Origin: Macrostomum lignano
Lineage: Eukaryota
Assembly (NCBI GenBank): GCA_002269645.1
Contig: NIVC01001518.1
Location: 62,001-126,000, forward strand
Length of the DNA stretch: 64,000 nucleotides
Direction: 5' to 3'
Position 1 is the first letter of the stretch; the number at the start of each line of letters is the position of its first letter. Both the position numbers and the translations under genes were made by a program. The notes below the pieces were generated by a model that saw only the letters and a program-made list of their open reading frames with translations, did not search any database and was not told where the DNA came from. Positions 12,347 through 25,200 of the stretch are shown here, piece by piece.

Positions 12347-15300
12347 CTAAGGCAGCAAGTCCGCCTCAGTCGATTGTCCGTCACTGCAATCGTCCCTGGC
12401 CGCGGCCCTGAGTCCGGCCAGGTACTGAGCAATGAGATGGCCATCCTGGCTGAGCAGCCTGGCCCTCAGCTGCACCGTCTCCAGCGCCTGCTTCACCGCC
12501 CTGGCCGCGGATGGAGCTGAATTGGTGGCGAAAAACTGGCGCAAATCTTCGGCATCCTCGGCTGAGCACAGACCCGAGCACACGCCCAAGACGAGGCGTT
12601 GGAGCAGGAAGACGCCCGAGTAGCGGCTCACTAGGACTGGCCAGCGGCTCTTCACAAACTGCCAAGCCAAGCGCCGAGCTTTCAAACCGCCGCAGGCGCA
12701 CAAAGAGCAGATCACCGATGGGGTGTCCTGCTGGCGAACTCGGGGGCTGATTGACAGCTCCAGGACTCGCTTGATCTGCGTTGAAGTAGGTTGGGTGGGG
12801 TGTAGATTGGGGTGAGGTGGAGTAGATTGGGGTGAGGTGGAGTAGATTGGGTGAGGTGGAGTAGATTGGGGTGGGGTGGTGTAGATTGGGGTGAGGTGGA
12901 GTAGATTGGGGTGAGGTGGAGTAGATTGGGGTGGGGTGGAGTAGATTGGGGTGAGGTGGAGTAGATTGGGGTGAGGTGGAGTAGATTGGGGTGAGGTGGA
13001 GTAGATTGGGGTGGGGTGGAGTAGATTGGGGTGAGGTGGAGTAGATTTGGGTGAGGTGGAGTAGATTGGGGTGAGGTGGAGTAGATTACAGTAGAGTGGA
13101 GTAGATTCGAGTAGAGTGGAGTAGATTAGGGTTGGGTGGAGTAGATTAGGGTTGGGTGGAGTAGATTGGGGTTGGGTAAAGTAGATTGGGGTAGGGTGGT
13201 TCGCCGTGCCCACTCACCTGATCAGTATCCTCAGTATTCCCAGCGCTCTCAGTATCCTCAGCTCTTCCTCAGACGAGATGAACCCGTTGCCTCTGGCTGG
13301 CGAGTCAAGCAGTGCCAGTAGGCGGTCGAACGCAGCCGCACCGCCGTGCCGAGCAGCGGTAGCGTACACCCCAGCCCGGATGTCCGGCTCCAATCGGCAC
13401 TGGCCGCTGGCATGCCGGTCGAATCGAGCCAGCGCCTCAGCCACCACCTCCGCGTGACCCGCCTGACCCAAGTAGGTCAGCAGCAGGCCTCTCAGCAGGC
13501 CGGCGTCGTGACTCTCGCCCGGCTTGAAGTCCCAGCCGAGTCGTTGGAAAGCTGGCCAGCACAGGTAGCTGAGAAAGGCGTGCCAGGCGGCGGTGAGGCC
13601 CAGCTGCTCAGCCAGCACCTGCACGCTGCTCAGGTTGGCCAGGAGGTCACTCCATACGGTAAAGTACTGCTCAGATCGGTAGGCCTTGACGATCTCCAGG
13701 ACTCGGATGGTTACTAGCTGGGGATTTGGGATTTGCCAGATTTGATTGATGCATGGGATTTTTATCCCCAAATCAGTAGCTTAAAGATAGAGATACGTAT
13801 CACCAAATCAGTAGCTTAATTATTGGGATATTTATCCCCAAATCAGTAGCTTAATTATTGGGATATTTATCCCCTAATCAGTAGCTTAATTATAGGGATA
13901 TTTATCCCCAAATCATTAGCTTAATTATTGGGATATTTATCCCCCAATCAGTGTAGCCTAATTAATGGGATATTTATCCCCAAATCAGTAGCTTAATTAT
14001 TGGGATATTTATCCCCAATCAGTGTAGCCTAATTAATGGGACATATATCCCCAAATTAGTAGCTTAATTAATGAGATTTTTACCCCCAAATTAGTAGCTT
14101 AACAAATGGGAATTTTATATATCAAGTCAATAGCTTAATAAATGGGATTTTCCCCCAAATCAGTAATCGGTAGATACATAATACGGCAATAGTAAAAATC
14201 TTAATATCACCTTCCCATAGGCGACCAACGCAAACAGGTCACTCTGCAAATTAAACCGGTCCCTACGGCCCAGTTTGCCACGCTTCAGTGCCGACACCAG
14301 AGCGTCCAGCATCTGGTCTGAGTAGTCCACTCGGAACACGCCCACGCACTGCCAGTTTAGCTTGAGCCAGTGGCCATCAGTCAGCTGACTCAGGCTGGGT
14401 GGCAAGGGGTAGGCCAGCTCGGCTGATTCCAGCAGCAGGCGGCGAGGCTCCGGTTCGTTGGACAGCTGCACCAGCAGGGGCACCCGCCAGAGATCTGAGC
14501 AGCTGCGATGTTGACTCACAAACTTGTTGCCGTCTGGGACAGGATTCTGGGAGATCCTCGCCATCTTGGCCTGCCGCTCTCCGCTGACTGCGGTCTGGAA
14601 GTGAGGAGATTGACGCGCTGCTGGATGGGATCTGGAAGTGCAGCCCAGCCACTGAGGATCTGGGAGGCTGGCCCAGCAACTGAGGATCTGGGAGGCTAGC
14701 CCAGCAACTGAGGATCTGGGAGGCTGGCCCAGCAACTGAGGATCTGGGAGGCTAGCCCAGCAACTGAGGATCTGGGAGGCTGGCCCAGCAACTGAGGATC
14801 TGGGAGGCTGGCCCAGCAACTGAAGATCTGGGAGGCTGGCCCAGCAACTGAGGATCTGGGAGGCTGGTGGCCCAGCAACTGAGAAACTGGGAGGCTGGCC
14901 CAGCAACTGAGGATCTGGGAGGCTGGTGGCCCAGCAACTGAGGATCTGGGAGGCTGGCCCAGCAACTGAGGATCTGGGAGGCCGGCCCAGCAACTGAGGA
15001 TTTGGAAGGCGGGCCCAGCAACTGAGGATCTGGGAGGCTGGTGGCCCAGCAACTGAGAATCTGGGAGGCTGGCCCAGCAACTGAGGATCTGGGAGGCTGG
15101 CCCAGGAACTGAGGATTTGGAAGGCGGGCCCAGCAACTGAGGATCTGGGAGGCTGGTGGCCCAGCAACTGAGAATCTGGGAGGCTGGCCCAGCAACTGAG
15201 GATCTGGGAAGCTGACCCAGCCACTGAGGATCTGGGAGGCTGGTGGCCCAGCAACTGAGGATCTGGGAAGCTGGCCCAGCAACTGAGGATCTGGAGGCTG

Positions 15301-18300
15301 GTGGCCCAGCAACTGAGAATCTGGGAGGCTGGTGGCCCAGCAACTGACCATTTGGGAGGCCCGCCCAGCAACTTGGTAAGCAAACAGCCAACAATAATTA
15401 CCCCATCGAGCTGCTCAGTTTCATCCAGCTTCTCTAATTCAGTCTGCACCCCGACAGAGGCGGTGGCCACAGCGGGCCCCTGCCCAGACCGGAAGCGGCT
15501 CTGCCGCAGCCGAAGCTGCAGTCGAGTTGAGGCTTCCTGCGACGAGTCCGGAGGCGGCAGAGGCTCCAGCGAGGCCGAGATGACGGGGAAGCCCTTGCGA
15601 CGAATCCAGTCGTGCATCACCTGCTGCACCTGCGAGTGGACATCATAGACCGGCTAGAAACTTCGGTATGCACTCAATATTGACTACCTGACCCACCTGA
15701 CCCAGGACAGATCTCAATACCTGACCCACCTGACCCAAATAAATCAATCTTCATCCCTGACCCACCTGACCCAGGTCAATCTCCATACCTAACCCACCTG
15801 ACTCAGATCAATCTCCATACCTGACCCACCTGACTCAGATCAATCTCCATACCTAACCCACCTGACTCAGATCAATCTCCATACCTGACCCACTGACCCA
15901 AATCAATCAATCTCCATACCTGACCCACCTGACCCAAATCAATCTCCATACCTGACCCACCTGGCCCAAATCAATCAATCTCCATACCTGACCCACCTGA
16001 CTCAAATCAATCAATCTCCATACCTGACCCACCTGACCCAAATCAATCAATCTCTATACCTGACCCACCTGACCCAAATCAATCAATCTCCATACCTGAC
16101 CCACCTGACCCAAATCAATCAATCTCCATACCTGACCCACCTAATCCACATCAATCTCCATCCCTGACCCACCTGACCCAGATTCAAAATCCCAGCATCT
16201 CAGCAACCAACCGAACTCCCTCACCGGCTGGCCAGAGGCCTCGGATAGAGCCAGCCACAGGTCGGCAGTGCTGGCATTGCCGTAGCTGTGCCTCCTCAAA
16301 TACTGCTGCAGTCCTCGACGAAAGGCGGGTTCACCGAGCCAGGCGTGCAACATTCGAATCACCGCTGCGCCCTTCGAATAGCTGATGGCGTCAAACATCT
16401 CGTCGATTTCGTCGATCTGGAGAGACAGTTAAAAGAAAAATCCCAGATAATGATTCGGGAATCCCATTATTAGTGAATTCGGGGATAGAAATCCCAGATA
16501 ATGATTCGGGAATCCCATTATTAGTGAATTCGGGGATAGAAATCCCAGAAAACGATTCGGGAATCCCATTATTATTGAATTGGGGATAAAAATCCCAGAT
16601 AATAATTTGGGAATCCCATTACTATTGAATTGGGGATAAAAATCCCAGATAATAATTTGGGAATCCCATTACTATTGAATTGGGGATAAAAATCCCAGAT
16701 AATGATTAGGAATCCCATTGTTATTAAATTGGGGATAAAAATCCCAAATAGCCGGTTAGGGATTATATGAGCCTACCTCAATCGGGTGACTGTTGTCAAG
16801 ACAGTCTAATTCCAGCGCTTTAGAGAAATCGTTTCTGATAAACCGAGTCCAGACATCGAACTCCGGGTAGCAGTGGTCGATGCACAGATACTCTACCCAG
16901 GACGCGAAGCCTTCGTTAAGCCACAGCTGGGTCCACCACTGCATAGTGACCAGATTTCCGAACCACTGATGAGCCACCTCGTGGCCAACAACCAATGCAA
17001 CAGTTTCCATGCTGAACTTGCTGGAATTCTCGTCAACCAGCAGCATGGCCTCCCGGTAGGTGATGAGGCCCCAGTTCTCCATGGCGCCCACGGCCAGCTC
17101 CGGCACAGCAACCAGGTCCAGCTTTGGCAGGGGGTAGGGGATGCCAAACAGTTCGGAGTAGAACTGCAGACTTCTCCGAGCCACTTCCAGAGCGAATCTG
17201 CCGTCTGACTGTCTGAATATTGGGAGAGCGACAACTTGAGATGGTTCTCGTAGGTGATTCTCATGGGTGAGTCTCATGGGCGATTCTCATGGGCGATTCT
17301 CATAGGTGAGTCTGATGGGTGCTTCTCATAAGTCTCATGAGTGATTCTCATTGGTGATTCTCATGAGTGATTTTCATGGGCGATTCTCATGGGGTGATTC
17401 TCGTAGGTGATTCTCATGGATGATTCTCACGGGTGATTCTCATGGTCGATTCTCGTAGGTGATTCTCATGGGTGATTCTCGTAGGTGATTCTCATTGGCG
17501 ACTCTCATGGGCGATTCTCATGGGCGATTCTCATAGGTGAGTCTCATGGGTGATTTTTGAGAGTGATTTTCATTTGTGATTCTCATGGGCGATTCTTATG
17601 GGTGATTTTTGAGAGTGAATTTCATTTGTGATTCTCATGGGCGATTCTCATGGGTGATTTTTGAGAGTGATTTTTATTTGTGATTCTCATGGGTGATTTT
17701 TGAGAGTGATTTTCATTTGTGATTCTCATGGGTGATTTTTGAGAGTGATTTTCATTTGTGATTCTCATGGGTGATTTTTGAGAGTGATTTTCATTTGTGA
17801 TTCTCATGGGTGATTTTTGAGAGTGATTTTCATTTGTGATTCTTATGGGCGATTCTTATGGGTGATTTTTGAGAGTGAATTTCATTTGTGATTCTCATGG
17901 GCGATTCTCATGGGTGATTTTTGAGAGTGATTTTTATTTGTGATTCTCATGGGTGATTTTTGAGAGTGATTTTCATTTGTGATTCTCATGGGTGATTTTT
18001 GAGAGTGATTTTCATTTGTGATTCTCATGGGTGATTTTTGAGAGTGATTTTCATTTGTGATTCTCATGGGCGATTCTTATGGGTGATTTTTGAGAGTGAA
18101 TTTCATTTGTGATTCTCATGGGCGATTCTCATGGGTGATTTTTGAGAGTGATTTTCATTTGTGATTCTCATGGGTGATTTTTGAGAGTGATTTTCATTTG
18201 TGATTCTCATGGGTGATTTTTGAGAGTGATTTTCATTTGTGATTCTCATGGGTGATTTTTGAGAGTGATTTTCATTTGTGATTCTCATGGGCGACTCTCA

Positions 18301-19959
18301 GAATCCCTCAGATAGGAAACAATAAAAGAATCACTACAAGACAGTTATCCAACAAAGAACTGGTCTTCAATTTTTCACTCAATAAAAATTTTCAATCGAT
18401 TTTTCACCTGCCAATCGGACTGAACACTCGCAGTGCCACCCCATCCTGACAGACTGTCTCGATGCAGTCAAATCTGCCAATCACAATAGCCAGCAGGTAA
18501 GTGGACATCTGAGGCGTTTTAGCGAATCGAACCAGTTCTCGAGCTGGCATGGGCTCCGACTGCGAACAGCTCTGGGAAGGCAGGTCCCGCCTCTCCTCCT
18601 CTGGCATGTTGGAGAGGGCCGTGAGCCGGGGGCAGGTGCTGGGGATCTCGACCGCTACCTGTGGGTATGTTTGAGAATGTTAAAAGCGATTTATTATGGC
18701 AATTTTAGGCACTTTGGTGAGGATGGTGGGGATCTGGGAGGCTGGCCCAGCAAGTGGGGATCTGAGAGGCTGGCCCAGCAACTGAGGATCTGGGAGGCTG
18801 GCCCAGCAACTGGGGATCTGGGAGGCTGGCCCAGCAAGTGGGGATCTGAGAGGCTGGCCCAGCAACTGAGGATCTGGGAGGCTGGCCCAGAGACTGAAGA
18901 TCTGGGAGGCTGGCCCAGCAAGTGGGGATCTGAGAGGCTGGCCCAGCAACTGAGGATCTGGGAGGCTGGCCCAGCAACTGAGGATCTGGGAGGCTGGCCC
19001 AGCAACTGAAGATCTGGGAGGCTGGTGGCCCAGCAACTGAGGATCTGGGAGGCTGGCCCAGCAACTGAGGATCTGGGAGGCTGGCCCAGCAACTGAGGAT
19101 CTGGGAAGCTGGCCCAGCAAGTGGGGATCTGAGAGGCTGGCCCAGCAACTGAGGATCTGGGAGGCTGGTGGTGGCCCAGTCCAAGTGGAGGATTGAGTGA
19201 CTCACACAGAACGCACCTGAAAAGTAGCCTTGAGCTGCGGCTCATCCCAGCAGGGCAGCAGCCTCCTGGCCTCAGTGGGGCACAGCATGGTGAGAGCGCA
19301 GGGTGTCTCAGAGGTTGCAGCGCCCCTGCATCTCTGCACAGATCTGTAGAATCCTCTCAACCTGTCGCTCAATTGGCCTCTGTAGTTCAAGCAGAGACAG
19401 CCAGTTCCCTTCTGACTCAAACTTGTGCAGGTCCCCATGAGTTTGCATGGAAATTTGAGTCGAACAGTTTGCTCTGATTTGTTTCCATAGGTGATGCTCT
19501 GAGTAGGAACTGTGTGAGGGCGGTTAGTTAGGTTTTATTTAAATTTGAAATGACAGTAAAATGTTGTATGGCAATGAGTAATGTACACTGAGAGACAGTG
19601 GTTGATAATGGTAATAGTGTAAATAAAGACAAATAAAAATGCTCACAAGAGAAAATGACAATTAGAGCAATATTTTGGAAACTTACTATTGTTAAAACTT
19701 GCAGATAAGACATCAAGGTCTACTGAGTTAAGCACTAGCTCATCAGTGTCTTCATTTATCTAAAAAGTATTTTATAAGGAAAGAGCAACAAGTTTCAATA
19801 TTTGATAAAAACAATTACAAATAGTTTCATTCATTGACTAACCTCAATACTAATTTGGACACAACCAGAATAAGTGAATTCAATAAAATCCAAACAAAGA
19901 TGCAAGTCATAATGAACTGGACATGTATGACTAGGTAGATGTTTAAAATCTTTTGGCAT
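12347..19959 (-). CDS. NPEPPS: Puromycin-sensitive aminopeptidase-like M1 metallopeptidase; exons 19959-19843, 19759-19687, 19509-19217, 18658-18408, 17212-16777, 16416-16225, 15629-15402, 14594-14211, 13717-13218, 12775-12347; apparent 1-nt deletion near 13240
   Basis: MPKDFKHLP..YDL start; GFYRS, PCWDEP..KATF, TPQMSTYL, GAMENWG, HEVAHQWFGNLVTM..W..LWLNEG, DAISYSKG and ERAP1-like C-terminal repeats. All introns GT-AG and phase-compatible except the last. Summed exons are 2903 nt, one short of 3n. Confidence 0.92.
12795..13195. repeat. 20-bp tandem repeat (GGTGAGGTGGAGTAGATTGG), aminopeptidase intron 9
   Basis: About 19 units. Confidence 0.95.
13745..14160. repeat. About 35-bp tandem repeat with internal hairpin GGGATA-TT-TATCCC, aminopeptidase intron 8
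   Basis: CCAAATCAGTAGCTTAATTATTGGGATATTTATCC units. Confidence 0.9.
14645..15370 (-). repeat. Dispersed 28-32-bp satellite, array 2, aminopeptidase intron 7
   Basis: Reverse complement of the array-1 unit. Confidence 0.95.
15685..16180. repeat. 33-37-bp tandem repeat (ACCTGACCCACCTGACCCAAATCAATCAATCTCCAT), aminopeptidase intron 6
   Basis: About 14 units. Confidence 0.95.
16435..16745. repeat. About 50-bp tandem repeat (AAATCCCAGATAATGATTCGGGAATCCCATTATTAGTGAATTCGGGGAT), aminopeptidase intron 5
   Basis: About 6 units. Confidence 0.93.
17245..18300. repeat. 13-bp (GTGATTCTCATGG) repeat grading into a roughly 39-bp unit with a 260-bp higher-order repeat, aminopeptidase intron 4
   Basis: Identical ORF-track entries at 17622 and 17882 are offset by 260 bp. 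Confidence 0.93.
18728..19178 (-). repeat. Dispersed 28-32-bp satellite, array 3, aminopeptidase intron 3
   Basis: Same unit as arrays 1 and 2. Confidence 0.95.
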
Positions 19960-22251
19960 TGTTGAATCTGAAAATATAAGCAGACAGACATAGCTTTTAT
20001 AAGTATAGGTATAAATTAAAAAACTGGTATAATGATTATATTCAAAAATTATTTCTAAATTTATTTAGACCACCTTAAAGCAGAGTCAAATAAAATGGCA
20101 TTCTTTTCAAATCATTTGTTAAACCATTTTTTCTATTTTTTTTACATCTCCACTTGAGAAGCTGATTTTAGCATGTTTGGACACCTCCAAGCTATTAAAA
20201 CAATAAAATTAACAACTTTGTTTTTAAAGTACTTTTTCTGTCTTTAGCAATTAATTCCTAATGATTTGAGGGCTGCCTCTTGGCTTGGTATTGAAAGACC
20301 TAATGGTTGGCTAATGGTCTTAGCAATGACTAATTAGCAGCACACCACCCATAATATTGTAAGTTGTAGATGTCCATTTTTTGCAAAAATTCCCACGCGA
20401 ATAGCCCTATGAATATATGAGCCGCGCACGTGGAACCATTTTCACTGACATGTAGCCACACACTTAGTGCACACAGCAAATTGCATGTTGCTGCACAACA
20501 TTAGAATGCGGCATATAGCATGCAGTGGTGCTCATAAATCATAAATCACAACCAAATATAAAATCAAATAAACAGAAGTAATGCTCTTGTTAACATAGGT
20601 ATATTGTTTGTTTTGTTTAACTGTTTACTTAGAATGTTAGTCTTGCAGAATGATGTAATGGATGTATTATTGTATTTTAGCATGCAACTTCCATGGTAGC
20701 TGAAAAATGTTCCCGCGTGGCTAGTGCATCCATAAGACTATGGCACACTATCAACATTTGATCAAAGTGTTTAAAGTGGTAAAACTTTATTGTATACATT
20801 TAGCAAATATGTATCTATAACTGCTATGAGCTGTCTGAGTGCCCAGACTTCCTCTGCCTCTAACAAACTCATCCCTTTGGGCCATAGACACTCCCAATAA
20901 GCATCAGTGCCATGTCAAACAATGTGTCAGATTTTTATCTTTCAAAAATTTGTATTTTCTGTTTTGAAATTTAGCCTTGTACTTTTCAGTTAGCTAACTC
21001 TGTTTGTCTACTATTCTCTTTTTTATAGACCATCTAAATTATTAATTTATCACAGATATTTTAGCTAACCAATTTGCTTTGCTAGTACCATAGTCAGGAA
21101 GGTGGCCTTTGCCATGTAAAATTCCGGTGCATACAAAAGGTCCTTGGCACACTTGGCACACAATCACGGCGCATACTGAGGTCCTTGGCACATGCGGCAC
21201 ACAATCATGGCACACACTGAGGTCCTTAGCACATGTGGCGCATAAGGTCCCTGACATATACGGTGCTGTGCATAACTTGGGTACATAAAGGAATCAGAAT
21301 ATAATCTTTATTAGCATAAAACTGGCATAGCATATTGAGTCTGCATAAATTCTAAGAATTTTCTAAATTTGTTGTAAAATACTAGTAGCTAGTATAAATA
21401 CAAGTTGAACTCGTGGCCTAGGCCCCTCACTTTTTTTGCCCCACTCTTGAGATAAAAAAGTGCTTAAAAAGTGCTTAATTTTGAGTATCTAAAGTCCATA
21501 TACTAAAAATGGTTTTCTAAGGCTAAAATTATACTTTTAATAAAGAATCATGGGAAATTTTGCAGTAGATATATTGTATAAAAGTAAAGTTGACTAATCT
21601 GAATTCTTTAAAATATGAATATAAAATTTGAATGAAAATAACAACTGCAATAGTACTATAATAGCATTTATATCATATATATAAATAATATATAAATATA
21701 TAAGCAGTTTGTAGCTACTAATTTATATACTAGATAGTAGCTAAATATTTAAATTAATGCTTTAAAATTGTAAAATTATAGAATAAGTAAGGAACAATAA
21801 AATTCAAACTTTTAATTATGTTTATTATACAATAACTATTACGACTGATTGGACTGAATTACATTTTTGATTTTAGCAAGTCTGATTTGATTTCCAATTT
21901 TAGTAATACTAACACCGTGTTCGATTTCTTGGAAAGTAATCCATTTTAAAGTCAATCTAAAAATATGCTCTGTTAAACAAATATTTGTTATTATTTTGTA
22001 CACATGGTGGTATTTTTCTGTAAATATTTTGCTAAAACTAACAGTTTATTTTCAATTGGTTTGAATTAAAAGAAAGAAGCACGTATTGTTGGCACAGTTT
22101 AAATATATTTACGTGCCAGAGTGAAAGTTGCTTGAAAATATAAACGATAAGAAGCGTCAGTTTAATCAGGGTTATTTTGAATTAAAAATTAACAAACTAA
22201 ATTTGCTTCTTCGTCCTTCAGATCAGCGGTAAAAATAACGGACGGAAAACT

Positions 22252-25200
22252 ATGAACTTTCATATCTTCCACGTGAAATCCAAGATATTTAAGAAGCCGC
22301 CAAAGAATGTAAGCCTTTGATTTGCCAAATCTGTAAAAATTATTAGTACTGATATTTTGCATCATGAAATCCCTTAAATTGTTAACTCCGTAGGATTGGT
22401 TCGAGGTTAGAGTCGAAGTAGACTCAGTCAACAAGAAGCTGCTATTTACGGTTCCTCGAGAGTCCAACGAACTTTACGAAGAATACTACGAGACTGGCGA
22501 GCCAAGCAAAGAGGCCGAAGCCGCCCAGCAGCCCGTCATTGAGCCGCAGTCCATCGACCTGTCTGAGTTCCGTCCACCAAAAATTAAAGGAGACGGAAAA
22601 GAGACTACAAAGAAAGGCGAGGCATTCTACCGATTGGAGTTGCCCGGCAGGAGTCGCCTCAGCGGCAAGTCGTTGAAGATGTCCTGCCAGGATAAGAGCA
22701 TGTTTCAGGAATTCTGCCGTCAACTCAAGCCGCACTTTAACCTCGGACCCGACAGCGCTCACAACTCCAGCGTGCTCAGCCTCGCCCAACTCGGCCGGCA
22801 CCACTCCAGCGACTCGAGTCGGCAGCAGAAGCCGCTACAGCCGCAGTCGGAGGTGCTGGAACTTGACGGCGGTGGCGAGTACGCCACGGTGATGGGCGAC
22901 GGTAACAGTGCGGCTGCTGAGCGACAGATGGAGATGATTGTCGTCACCTCATCTATTTATGAGGCTTTTGAGCTAGGCGAGTGGAAACTGCATGGAGCAT
23001 GCAGCATCTTGCATCCTTTTAAAGAGGCTTAACTGCCTTTTTAAAAACTCTGACATCTTTCTCACTATTATTTGATACCCTCCAGCAGAAGTTCCTGACA
23101 AACTCTTCAGGGAAATTATGGCACCCCTCAAGCGATCCTGACACCCATCAGGAGGTTCTGACTTCCGTTAAGCGATCCTGACACCCATCAGGAGGTTCTG
23201 ACGCCTGTCGAAAGATTCTGACACCTCTCGGAAGATTCTGACACCTCTCGGAAGATTCTGACACCTCTCGGAAGATTCTGACACCTCTCGGAAGATTCTG
23301 ACCCCTCTCGGAAAATTCTGACACCTCTCGGAAGATTCTGACACCTCTCGGAAGATTCTGACACCTCTCGGAAGATTCTGACACCTCTCGGAAGATTCTG
23401 ATACACATCAGGAGATTCTGACACCCATCATGAGATTCTGACACCTCTCAATATGAATTTCTTATAAATACCTGATACTCTTCTACCGGACACTGATACT
23501 CTTCTACCGGACACTGATACTCTTCTACCGGACACTGACACTCTTCTACCGGACACTGATACTCTTCTACCGGACACTGATACTCTTCTACCGGACACTG
23601 ACACTCTTCTACCGGACACTGATACTCTTCTACCGGACACTGACACTCTTCTACCGGACACTAGCACTCTTCTATCGGACACTGATACTCTTCTACCGGA
23701 CACTGATACTTTTTTACCGGACACTGACACTCTTCTATCGGACACTGATACTCTTCTACCGGACACTGACACTCTTCTACCGGACACTGACACTTCTAAA
23801 CGCTCTAAACTCTCAGTTATAACTCCGATAACCCTCTAATGCAAAACCCAACCGCCTCAATTTAAAAACCTACACAGAACGCTGCTTCCAAGTGACCTTT
23901 GATAGCATTCGCTCGGACTCCGATCTGCCGCAGTCACTCCGTCAGCTGCGCAATGGTGATCCGCTGCATCTGTACGTCGGTGTCAGCAAGCTGGAGTTGT
24001 TAAACAGGGAGAAATGCCCTCTATGCGACTGGCCATTGACACAGATTCGTAGGTGAGCCTGCTATGCTATTGCTTCATTGAGGCAGTTGCTGCTAGTTAA
24101 ATACTCGTAATATTGCAATATTTTGCTTTGTGCTTTTTGGAAAGCATACTGAAACTGACCACCAAGACTCAAAGAGACACTAAGACACTGATGCAGTGGG
24201 GGAGCTGGGAGGGAGAGATGGGAGGGAGAGATGAGAGGGTGAGATGAGAGGGGCGATGGAAGGGGGCCAGAGCAGCTCAGCCGTACCGATCTGGCTCTGC
24301 TACCCGAGCCCGCGGTTCGATTCTGTCCGCGGCCAGCGGTCACATTAACTTGGTGCAGGCTCGATGGAATGAGAACATGAGAACAGCCGTCCCCCTCCCT
24401 CCTTAGGCACAGACGGTTCACTAGCTAAACGGCTGTTAACTCGGCTGTTAACTAGCTAAAGATGCATTATTTTATGCTGACGTCAAATCTTGGGTGTAGC
24501 CTAGAACTGAATTTAGCGATTTTAACTCAACAACAGAGTCATTATAATTACTTCTGGTCATCCATTATTAGAACTGAACTTAAAATAGCTCACTCAGAAC
24601 CGTGGGACAGGTTTGCTGGGGTCTGAGTCACTTGCAGATGAATTTTATTCACTGCACAGCACAGGGCTGCAGTGTGTGTGTATCAAATCTATACTAATCT
24701 CAAGCATAGCGTTTATCTACTTGTGGCGGTCTTCTAAGTCAAGTTGTGCTAACCAGCTGTTGGAATTATTCTAATATAAACTTCCTTTAACTCCGCTAAT
24801 GCGGTGCACACACACACACACACACACACACTGCAGTTATGCTTGCAGCTCTCGAATAGCTTCATGGATATTTCTGAAGCGATGTTGCAGGCTGCCAGAG
24901 TGTGCACAGAGCCCCCTGTTTATAAATGTATGTTCGAGCCTGGATGGCGCAATCTGTGCAGCACATTCCTACCTTGCTGTTGGGGTTGTACCAGTACCGA
25001 ATAATACATACCGGTATTCGTACTTGAACTCACTTTCATTCAGAAAACTATTTCATATGCATTTTTTCGACGAGTTATTTCAATTTTAAGAGAGAAGGAG
25101 GCAGTAGACAGTGAGAAGGAGACGGTAGACAGTGAGAAGGAGGCAGTAGGCAGTGAGAAGGAGACAGTAGACAGTGAGAAGGAGACAGTAGACAGTGAGA

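Noticed and set aside
21042-21270. Cys-rich CxxC ORF on the minus strand
   Set aside because: Arises from a degenerate ~40-bp repeat (GGTCCTTGGCACA); no splice context or homology recognised
22189-22804. Minus-strand ORFs 22189-22467 and 22442-22804
   Set aside because: Antisense shadows of the adaptor's exons 1-2
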